DNA of 63,994 nucleotides, the filler included, from Jimgerdemannia flammicorona (lineage: Eukaryota), in the NCBI GenBank assembly GCA_003990765.1. It is 3 parts of 3 records of this genome, joined end to end, with 100 filler letters (N's around TTAATTAATTAA, not from the genome) between each part and the next. Parts side by side here need not be neighbours in the genome. Positions count along the whole stretch, not along the records: positions 21,495 to 42,886 come from RBNJ01001465.1; positions 42,987 to 63,994 come from RBNJ01001548.1; 1 more part is not named here. The stretch is one strand, 5' to 3'. Of the stretch, positions 39,398-49,962 are shown piece after piece. A model generated the notes under the pieces. That model saw only the letters and a program-made list of their open reading frames with translations. It did not search any database and was not told where the DNA came from. Within the stretch, counting starts at the first letter, position 1, and the number at the start of each line of letters is the position of its first letter. The position numbers were made by a program, and so were the translations under genes.

Positions 39398-40622
39398 GTT
39401 TAGTATTTGATTATGCCTTTGTTGATTCAAGGATCCGTTGTACTGTGGCGCAGTGTTTTTTGAGCTTATCACACTGCGTGATCGATGCAATCCCTGAACT
39501 GAGCTAGAATCCGTATTTTGTCATACAGACCGTCGGCACCCGGATTCGCCATTCATGGGACCGAGATCAATCATACAAGAGTTTATTTCTCCCTTTTGGA
39601 ACCACAATTCATTGACGCGATTGATGATGACGAGAAGTCCGTTAGAAACGGTTAATGTTATAGAACTTCTTTTTTTAGGTAGAAAATTGATATACAAGAT
39701 AAGTTGGTGTCCAAAAAATAATTACGTAAATGTAACTATCCTCACCAAGCTTGACGAAGAAAAATGTAACTATCCTCACCAAACTCGACGAAGGTTCTAG
39801 ATGAAAATCAATAAAATCAAGACTAGAACCGAGCCGACTGGTTGTTTTGCCAGACCTCTGGAGTTGTAATCCTAGCCAAATGGCGGGCCGAAAGAGTGGG
39901 AGCGTGTTCGAAACACAGGAAGCTGGCGGCGAAAGGATTTGCAGGGTAAATAATACAATCATTGTTGTAAGGTCAAGTTTAGCGACGTTTTGCCAGACCA
40001 TATCTTAACTCGACATCGAAATCGTTCTCAATTTTAGAGCGGAAATTGGGTGTATATTGCCTTAAAAGCACACCTCCCTCTTTCCTCACCATCAAAAATC
40101 CTTCCCCACCGCACAACACGAATTTCATTCATTCAAGAAAGCCCCTCATGTCGTCAATTCTGTAGTAAGAAACTAAAATGCACCAAAGCTATTCTTAGTA
40201 GAAGAAACAGGCAGACTTGCCAATTGTGGGTAGCAGCGTGGAAGAAATATGAGGATGAGAGGGGTTGGAGACGAAGACAAAACTTTTCCGGCTTGTCAGA
40301 GTCAAACTAGGATAAAGATTGCGAACACTACAGTCTTCCGCCCTACCAACAGAGCTAAAACCAGTTTCCATTCAAGGTGATTTGGGATTGGAACGATGAT
40401 CGCGAAACGATAAAATGATCGACGATCATATGCATGCCGACGCCGTGAGAAATTGACCAACCTCAAGACGTATTGAGAAATCGGGAGCACAGTTTTTAAC
40501 CATTTATTTTCTCTATGATACATTAAACAATTTATTATCGCTCATAGAGCTTTTCTCTATACTGTACACAAAATTTTACTCTACCTTCTGAAACCCCCGC
40601 CACAAGACACATCTGTCGCACC

Positions 40623-42062
40623 CTAATACGCCAAATCATCCCCGACAACAACACACTCTGCACAAATCCTCACAACCTTACTCAGGAACATCGCCGCAAC
40701 ATTATTACATTCCTTGACGTCCAGTTCCCTTAGCCCCACGCACCTTATCTCGCCTACCTTTCTCCCCGTGACCTCCTCGCACCCCCTCAGTTTCAGCTTT
40801 TCGAGCCTCGCAGCTCCCGCCAGCACGCGCGTGAGCACATTGTCGGGCAATGCGCGATGGTAACTCAAATCGAGCGTGCGCAAGTCGGAGCATCGATCAA
40901 CGACGTTGAAAATACCCTCCTGGAACGCGAAGAAATTCCGGTCCCAGGTACCGTGAATATTCATCTCCTTGTCGGAGTTACTCACATCGGGGATTGCAAG
41001 GCTAAGGTGACGTACCGCAGGGCAATTCTCGGCGAGTTGGTGCAGGAATCTGGACCCATACATGAGCCCGACAGTGTTTGTAATGTCGACAGAGACGAGG
41101 TGCGATGAGACGTGCGGGAAGGGTAACCATCGGTCGTCGGAGTCCCAGAAGCGGAGCCCGAGGAGTTTGATGGTGGTTATGGGGGCCTGCGTCGCCCGCA
41201 TCGCGTGGCGGAGGTCGAGTGTGAAGAAGCGGGAAGTGAACGCAACAGTTTCCAGCGTCTCAAGGCGGGCGAGGGAGCCAATCCAGTTGTAAATTGGTGT
41301 GGCAGGAGGGACGGTATAGAGTTTTGGGAGACTGGAGAGGTGAAGAGTGGTGGCTTTCTTCGCGCCGACGCCGTGAAAGGTCATAGTCTCGAATAGTATA
41401 CGGGCGGTTTTAGAGAGGCGGTACTTCTGTCTGTCGAAGTCGAGGCGCCAGATAGTAACGCCGGGCATAGTTTGCATGATGGAGTGAAGGTGTAATGCCA
41501 GCGGCCGAATGTCCTCCAACGTCTCGCCGGAGCTGTAGCGGCGCTTGTGACCCTGGCCACTCATTGAGAGCGTCAGGCGGCGTACGGGGACAGTCGCAAT
41601 GAGGTCGCGAGCGCGCGAGGTCACGGTTCCCTCTGCAGATCGTGTGACCATAGGTCCGTCGCGTAGGACGGTCATATCGAGGGTGACGATGCGGACGAGT
41701 TGGCCCAGGTGTGGGTTGGCGCAATAGAAGCGGTCCATGGCAGCGAAATGACGGACGCGGTCGTCGTAGCCCGTGTCAGTATGGGTGAGGTGGACGTGCT
41801 GGAAGCGGTGGGGGAGGGAGGCGTGATGCCATGCGCGGCAGACGGTGGCGAAGGCGCGGAGGTGTTGGTTGGGTGGGGGGATGACGGTGGTTCTGACGGA
41901 GGAGGGGTAGTCGAGGAGGAAACCGATGATGTTCTCGAGGAGCTCGAGAGGGAGAACGGAGGCGAGTTTTTGGGGCGGAAGGTAAGGATTACCTGGGAGG
42001 TGCTGGGATGAGGGTTGGGCTGGCGATGTAGAGAGCATGTCGTCGAGAGAGCACAACGACAT
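40623..42062 (-). CDS. F-box / leucine-rich-repeat protein, about 479 aa, intronless
   Basis: F-box-like LPLELLENIIGFL...LRAFATVCRAWH; Cys-containing LRRs (LRTLDLS, LEKLKLRGC, LRELDVKEC). First ATG at 42062. Confidence 0.88.
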   Translation of the reverse strand: MSLCSLDDMLSTSPAQPSSQHLPGNPYLPPQKLASVLPLELLENIIGFLLDYPSSVRTTVIPPPNQHLRAFATVCRAWHHASLPHRFQHVHLTHTDTGYDDRVRHFAAMDRFYCANPHLGQLVRIVTLDMTVLRDGPMVTRSAEGTVTSRARDLIATVPVRRLTLSMSGQGHKRRYSSGETLEDIRPLALHLHSIMQTMPGVTIWRLDFDRQKYRLSKTARILFETMTFHGVGAKKATTLHLSSLPKLYTVPPATPIYNWIGSLARLETLETVAFTSRFFTLDLRHAMRATQAPITTIKLLGLRFWDSDDRWLPFPHVSSHLVSVDITNTVGLMYGSRFLHQLAENCPAVRHLSLAIPDVSNSDKEMNIHGTWDRNFFAFQEGIFNVVDRCSDLRTLDLSYHRALPDNVLTRVLAGAARLEKLKLRGCEEVTGRKVGEIRCVGLRELDVKECNNVAAMFLSKVVRICAECVVVGDDLAY

Positions 42063-42886
42063 TCTTGGGCGAGGAGCGCACAACACCTTTAATCTCACCG
42101 ATCGATCACGTGCAGCGGTCAGCCACCAGAAATGTCAACCCAGCTTCCACGGACTATCAATCCGGAATAGTGCAGGGGACGGGCTCTCGCCAATCGTGTC
42201 ACCCCCTCTGGAATCCACGCTCCTTGAACCTCAACCAGGCAGCAATGCCATCTTCCTGTTTCATATGCGTCTGCCACTGGTCATGGCCCGACTCATCCAC
42301 ATGATCCTCCTAGCCCAAAACCATCCCAGACTTATACTATCGCGTGAACCCAAGCTTCTCTCGTCTTACCCCATTGTATTTAGTCTGGCTCCAAACGTTT
42401 GAGCGCACCGGTTCCCGTAACGGCTGGATGCTTTCGAGAAGGAAACCATACGTCAATTGATCCCAACTTGGCTAGGCCGGTCGGTCGAACGCTGCCGCTT
42501 GTGTTCCTGTGCATGTAAAGGTTTTATGAATTGCGTCACCCGAGGTGGTATGTGATAATCTTGCCCGAAATACACAATTCCACCAATCACCATCCTGTAT
42601 CCCGGTGGAACAATCTATAGACTCATGGTTTCATCCGACATAACCAGCGCCACCACGACTTTCACGGTGGGTTTGATATAGCACACCAACGCAGCTCCAT
42701 TCCACGCGCGCACAATCCTAACCTATCCGACGCCCGGCTCTTGTTACAAGGACCAGCGTTATTGCAACAGGGTCCGTGCGCATGTCTCAATTGGTGCGGT
42801 GCGTCTGGATGCGGCGGGACCCAGTGCCAGAATTAATCAAATTTAATGCTTCCATGGCAGAACTTCGTTAAACGTTTTTTTTTTTT

Positions 42887-42986
42887 NNNNNNNNNNNNNN
42901 NNNNNNNNNNNNNNNNNNNNNNNNNNNNNNTTAATTAATTAANNNNNNNNNNNNNNNNNNNNNNNNNNNNNNNNNNNNNNNNNNNN
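42887..42986. other. Artificial contig linker
   Basis: Same N44-TTAATTAATTAA-N44 structure as the first linker. Confidence 0.97.
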
Positions 42987-43009
42987 AAAAAAAAAAAAAA
43001 AAATTGCTC

Positions 43010-44480
43010 AAGAAGGGGAACGCAGGTTCCGGCCGCCACAGAAGCTGTTCAACTACAAAGAGATTGAGCAGCACAGGTTTGATATCTTCAAGGACGGATA
43101 TTTGGAGAAGGATATGATTAGGGATTGGTGAGTAATATTATTTATTATTTCTAGGGGGTGAGAGTGGGGTTGAGGTTGGTAGTGGTGCTTCGTAGAGTTT
43201 CAAAGGTTCGAAGTAATCGCTGATCATTACACCCATTCAACCAGATCGTCGAGACTCTCGACGAGATTACGTGCTTTGCATTTAGCAGTAGCGATGCTAG
43301 TGACCCTGATGATCACGTGGGCTTCGACCTTCCTCGCTGGCTTCGTCTCCCTCAGCTCGTCCACTCTACCCACGCAATTTCAGCCAGGTGACATGGTAGA
43401 GGTAACAGTGATCCACACAGTGGACGCGTTAGAGCAGGGGATCGTAACCATCACACCACCTTAGCAACAAGCTCAAGTTCCTCCCGCGACAGCTACGCAA
43501 AAGTTCAGACTTGGGGATAATTCGACCTTCAAGGAGGTCTCGGTGTTTAGTAAGGGGTTGCTGAGGTCACATTGGAGCAGACAATGATTGGGATTATGAA
43601 TTGCGTGATTTGACACTGTAGGAGTATATTAATCATTTTTATGAGTCCATCTTCTTACGGCTTGAATTTTCCACCATGTTACCACTATTAACATATATAC
43701 ATCCCACTTCAGTTTCTTGACCGTCAGCATGATCATTAAAGTGGCCGTGTGTTCTTCCATTCTGGATAACAATCTACGGAGCAGCCGCAGTCACAAATAT
43801 GGTGGGCACACAAGACAACCGGAACAGGCGACACCATGCATGAGATCGACGGCGGCACCGTGCTACACTCGTTCCGATAGCAGCTTATCTTGCAAAGTAG
43901 AGGGAGGTAGTCAGGGTTTTGGAGTGTGGATTGTGAGGGGAAAGAGCATATTTTGTATCGCGGGAAAGGGGAAAGGACATTAAAATATTTTTATTTTTAT
44001 TCTTTGGAGGGGATAAGGAAGGTTTAGGATGTGTTCTACATGCACTGTTTTTTTGTTCGGTAAAACGGATATCAACTGAGCACCGACACTGGTCCGTACA
44101 TATCTCTCCATGTCACCAGGCCAACAGCTGGGAAACCCAGCGCATGCTGTAAAGTGATTGGCCTATTGTGGTGAGCTACGTCAACCAAAACAAATGCCTA
44201 TAGCGGTGGCGGTGGGCACGATGGAGGTAGTTATGGCGGTGGTGGCTACGGTTGTAGTAACAATGCATATAATCCATCAGCACCAGGCCCGTGCAATTTC
44301 GGCGTTGGCCACATGACTCCAATGCACCCATCCCCCGTTTCCCGCACCCCGCCTATGTATCTGGCAATCGTACGCCTGCATGGAATGCCGGCTCATGCAC
44401 TTCCAATCCGCATGGGTACGCCGATGGGAGCCGCACCCCGCCTAGGATGTTGGCAGCAAGATCCTTAACCCACATGTGTA
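43010..44480 (+). pseudogene. SPT5: Transcription elongation factor Spt5 pseudogene fragments
   Basis: RPPQKLFN, FKDGYLEKD, QFQPGDMVEV (KOW), then C-terminal repeats GNRTPAWNAGSCT(S)NP..DGSRTP; stops, frameshifts and missing internal KOW segments. Confidence 0.8.
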
Positions 44481-45479
44481 TGGTGGAGATGGGAGTAAGA
44501 CTCATGTATGGGAGGTTGGGTGTAGGACTCCAGGAAGTCATGCGAGTGGTTGGTCGACGGATGATGAGGTGTGGAATTTGGGACGCATTCGTTTACTATG
44601 CAGGATGGGATGTGCGAAACAATGAATAAGAATATTGGGATCAGTTGGAGTTCATGAAAAGAGAAGGATGGGTGGGGTGCTGATAAAGACGACGATGGGT
44701 GGCCCAGGCCGAGCGGATTGGCTAGGTTTGGTACAGCAATGCCCAGTGATTGTGGTGTTCCGACGCCTGCGAGCATTTTATCCTTTGTTGCTGTGATATT
44801 TACTGACAGCTGTCTATTAATATTCGTGAAGAGGAACGATATATTAAGCATCCTCACTTCTTTTCTGTATATACATAACATCTTCGCTACACCATCTCCG
44901 GCACGCTACCTGAGCATTCCTACTCACTTCCCTTAATCGAAATGTTTTTACAGTTATTCATTAAATCTGCTTTTTTTTTTTTTTTTTTTGGGGGGGGGGG
45001 GTTGGTGGGGTTAGCGAGATTGGGCCCAGGTGGGGTTGCAAGATAAAACAATAACTGAGGGGTCCCATTGATTAGTGCAGAGTTGGAAAGACTGGGTAAA
45101 GACAACGATGCCAACTGCTAAGGTTAGGGAAATCAAATGAAAGTCTATCAATATTGTCAGTGTGGATCCAGATCTTACTACCATCCCATTCTGCTGAATT
45201 CACCAACCTCCCTGTATATCTCCTTCGGACGTCAATACCGTTTCTTATTTTGGGTAACTATTGACAATGACACTACCAACAATTTTATTATCAGAATTAA
45301 ATATATATCATATAAATCTATATCTTTTAATGTCATATACATGGAAAGCCATCATGAGAGCATATAATGATCACAGATATCTGGTGCATATCTATGCATC
45401 GCCATTATCTTATATTTGATTAGAATTCAATTTGTTCATCAGCACAGTCTTTCAAGCAACTCACAAACTTGGTATGATG

Positions 45480-47130
45480 GGTTGTATGTCAGATTACCAT
45501 AGTCTGTAGTATAAAGATGTCCTGATATTTATGAAGGAGTTCTGTGAGTTGCTGCTATTGCTGAGGGATCAATTCTTCTTTGATATTGATGGAAGGCTTT
45601 ACTTTCTCCTGGGTTGCAGAAAGACCTTTCCTTTCTTCTGAGATCTTCTGCCATTTCTTGATAGGTTTAGTTCATAAACTTCTCTATATGTCCAATTGAG
45701 ATAGGACACCAGATGGTCTATAATAGTTCCTTTTAGCAGAATGAGGCTATCTCAGCCTTGGTTTATTATTCAAGAGTGTACAGGATATATCTTGTCAGAA
45801 AATATATATCCTTCTATATCCAGATTCTTGATATTCTCATTGAGTTTAAAGAAGAGATTTCTAGAATTAGATAGTGTGAAGGTTTTGAAGATGGTCTGTT
45901 CTCCTGGTTCTAGGATGAGGTTCTTGTATAGTTTAATTGGTTGACAGTATACTTATTGAGGAGTATTTTTCTTGAAGTAGTTAACTTAAAGGAGGTATAC
46001 TTCTTTCTTATCTAAGCTTCCAAATCCTTTGGATTTTCTTATGCCTTGAGTCAGTTTGGGGACTTCTTATAGTTGAGGAGTTTTGACCTTTATAAAGATT
46101 GCTTATACAATCTTTTACTCTTTATAGATTTAGTTCTATTCTATATAGCTATTGTTTAGAATAGTACTCCTAAATGAATTGAATCAATTTGAATTGAATC
46201 AAATCAAATTGGGGTTTTTTCAATTTGAATTAAGTTCAAATTGAATTGAATTTAAATTGAATTGAGGGTCTGATTCAAATTCTATTTTTTGAAATATAAT
46301 AACTTGACAAAAACATATCCAAAATTAATAATCTTTAGCTTGTTAGATTTCTCTTATATAGAGAGATCTAACAAGCTAAAGATCATTAAATTTGGATATG
46401 TTTTCATTGAGTTATTACATTTTGAAAAATAGTGTTTAAATCAAATCTCAAATCAAATTGGACCTTTGATTTGATATAAATCAAATTGAATTGAACCTTT
46501 GATTCAATTTGTTGAGAGCACTAGTTTAGAATGATCTTGATTTCACCTATATATCTAGGGTTTATTATTTCTCCTTTTACAGTTATTTCTTGTCTAATGA
46601 GTCCAGACCTTGAGGTCAGTTAGATGTAAGTTCCTTTGGGTAATTATATAGCTAGTTCTATACTAAGCACTATTGTTCTTCTAAACTTAATAGATTTATC
46701 TCTGAGACTGTAAAGGTCATATCCCACATCTTTCTGATAAGCTTTTGTTGGGAGTTTGGCTTTGGGATGTAGCAAGATATACTGGACAATATCTTCACTA
46801 AGTTTGAGTTATCCTTGGGCTGAGGTTCTAGTGGACATGAGACTCTATACTCTAAGATTAAGGTACAGCCATCTGGCTTCAGTAGAGGGGTCTCAGAAAG
46901 TTGATTTCTCTTTTTTCATAAGATCTAGGGCTTCCATGAAGCTGATGGCATCTCCTGCCCATCCTTAATGAGTTTTATATCTGATGAGAACTAGGATGTC
47001 ATTTTCTAGATCATAGATCTTGAGAGCCTTTTTCTTTGGTTTCCTGACCTGGTTTCTTCTGATCTGAGCTCTGTCATCTCCTTTCTTCAGTGTATATTCA
47101 TATTTTCCATTTATGACCTTATACATTGGT
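45480..47130 (-). mobile_element. Internal fragment of a third dUTPase-bearing Ty3/gypsy element
   Basis: dUTPase at about 46010-46770 (DVGYDLY, SRSGL, GEIKII, SKGFGS), then a pre-RT segment (QQLTELLHKYQDIF). No LTR seen. Confidence 0.78.
46162..46523. mobile_element. hAT-type MITE, 362 bp
   Basis: 8-bp TSD GTTTAGAA (46154-46161 and 46524-46531), TAGT(A/G)CTC termini, TTGAA/TCAAA subterminal repeats, central long palindrome. Removing it rejoins the dUTPase. Confidence 0.88.
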
Positions 47131-49659
47131 TACAATAATGTGAGAAAGGACTGTTATCAAGACCAGGCAGGGCTACCAGTCGCGAGGAGAGTTAGTGGAT
47201 TACTTCATGGTTTATAAAAGTGTGTACAATTTTGCCTCTTCTTTTGGCCATCAACATTTTTACGTCCTCTTCGACTTTCTCAACCGGTCCTTTCTCGATA
47301 GATGTTCGATCGCCGTGGAATAACTTGAATGCGATGAGAACTTGGTTGAGCTCCGTTGGGGGCCAAGGTGTTTATAGAGTGGGCAAAAAGGTTGGGATGA
47401 ACACAACATACTAGAGAATGCACGGGTGGGTTTATTTTGTGCCGCAAAATAAAGTCTGGTGTTGGGTACACGATGCCACAGCAGTTAATTTTATTATTTT
47501 TTAATCAAAGACATGTTTCGAACCACATTAACATATGAATTGTCACAAAATTTTTTCGACATTTTTTCCTTACGGATTCTCATCATATGCATGTAGGTCA
47601 TATATGTTCTATAAACCAAATAAAACTGATGTGCAATTACTTTGTGAAAATTGCCTGGGCATCTGAATCGATGAGAGACCTGTTAAAAATTCGGATGTAA
47701 AAAGTATCAAGCAATTTGACTCGTCGTCGAGAATATATACATACATTTTTGACATCTGTTCAATTTAAACACACATGTCGCAATTAAGTCTCTGACTCTT
47801 TATATTTCGCACAATGATGGGAAGTAGCCATTCATAAAATTGTAACTCGCGCATGCACAAAAACCTCGTTTATTCATCAGCCAACCAATCTACTCGCTCA
47901 AGGATGTGCGTGCTCGTTTCGACGTTCCAAACAATTTATTGAACCGCATCAGTTCAGGTGATGTCGCCTCTTTTGCCTCTTTCACTCTTCGCACTTCACT
48001 AGTTCATTAATGAGGTTCGGCAAGGTATGCACCATGGGAGTGTGCCTATAGCTCAAATAATTAGAAGCACCAATGCCGCAATATTGGAAGTATTGATTTT
48101 ACTCACTCGTTGCTAGATGGGTTGTCGATCCGCAGATCGAGTTTCGGTACTGCTCATTGTGTAACAATCCAAATGCAGGCATTGGACTTCAACTTCAACC
48201 CGCTAACGTATGCTGACGTTCTTGTCAACGCATACCACGATGCTTGCATCCCCAGTAATAGAAGTACTTCTCTATGAAACCTCAATTTGATACTCTGTTC
48301 GTGCGATTTTATGTTCTTCATTGTGCAAGCATCAATGTTAACGTTATTGAATATTGCTTGATCGATGAAATTCAACTTCTTTATGAAACAAAGCACCATT
48401 CTCTTAAAAAGAAATGACAACGGCTCCTAGTTCCATAAATGGGACGATTGGGGTTTATACCTCCTAAGCGGTGATGTGTATCTAGCTTCGAACTTTCGAC
48501 TACAATCGATGCCATTCTCCTCGAAACTGCCGTGCTTTATTTTTGCAGCAATCGCCACTTTGGTTCCAGCGATCAGGTGCTGTGCGCATGCCTGCTGAGG
48601 ATATTATAAGTTTAATCAATACGAAGGCCCGAGTGCTGGGCCTTGCACCCATCTTGCTTCGCGAGTACTTCTACGGCGATCGGCTGCATTCTTTTCCGAG
48701 CTCATTTCCCAAAACGTACAGAGGGTTTAAATGAAGTGGATGCCCCCATTCTCTCACCCTGGCAAAAAAGCGCGCCATTGGAGCACACAATTGGCCTTTT
48801 CGATAGTTTTGATGAATCCATAGGATATGATTCCGATCGATCCATTAGATCTTATGATGGATTTAATGGATTCGATAAAATAATGATCCCTTCAGTACCC
48901 ATTTCCTCGACAGAAGGAGCAGAAGGAACAGAGGAGGGTACAGAAAAAACAAAAGGAGCAGAAGACGTCATGACTAATGATGTCGTTATGTGCCATCCAG
49001 CGCACCTGCAACAGTATCAACTCGATGCCATTGCTCTATTTTAAGAAATTGCGTACCAATGTGTGCGCCATTCCGCAAATGGCCTGTCGTTGCTACAAGA
49101 TCGCTACAGAACAATTGAGGAAACACTATAAAATATCCGCTACCACCTTGAAAAAAAAAAAAAAAAGAAAAAAAGAAAAAAAAATACATAAAAAAAGCAA
49201 ACCCAACCAGACAGCACCGCAACATTTATAACGAGAGCGAAATATTTGTGACAAAACACTCCTTGCTCAAGATGCTGGGGGTTGGGAAATATTGCTTCCA
49301 TGTACGCACCAACGTGTCAAACCCTCGCCATCACCAGTGGCAACGGAAGAAAGAGCCGCAAAGAGGCCGAAGAAATTTAATACAGACCAATTTATGTGTA
49401 AAACGCTCACATTGTCAATTATGTTTGTAAAATATAATCAATCATTGTCAAATTTGTAGAAAACACATTATACCTCCTATAAGTGATGATGATGAAGGAA
49501 GTTTATGTGGCTAGATACTGCGACAATGGGCGGAACCGGCAAAAATATTAAGGTTGTAAAAGCTTTCGTGGTGGATATCAATTCCATTACTGATAGCAAT
49601 TCTCAGGATGAATATTACAACGCTGATGACATTGAAGAGCTCGACAAGAATGAAAGGAA

Positions 49660-49962
49660 TGAAACAAAATCTCAGATCTCATTGCACTGGGCGACATCGA
49701 ATGGTTACTTTTTTGTTGTGAAATTACCTGTCAAATAAATATGAACTGGATGGACACTATAACACTTGGTGGCAAAATAGGACATGTTGATACTATTTGA
49801 TTACTTGCTCAGTTCTTGCTGACATAAATGTCAAAGACAATCATTGTCGGGCATGCATGACTGCGCGTTACGGACGTGTCGGCGTTGGGAGACCGCTTCT
49901 TGACAAGTGCGCCAACTTGAACACCAAGAATAATTGAGATCGGATGTCGTTACACATGATCA
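49660..49962 (+). pseudogene. Degenerate ankyrin repeats
   Basis: SLHWATSNGYFFVVKL, GHVDTIxLL, ADINVKDN and LLDKCANLNTKN in shifting frames; ends at the DIRS remnant. Confidence 0.7.

Noticed and set aside
47140..49500. Short ORFs that may be gene relics
   Set aside because: No recognisable motif and no consistent frame.
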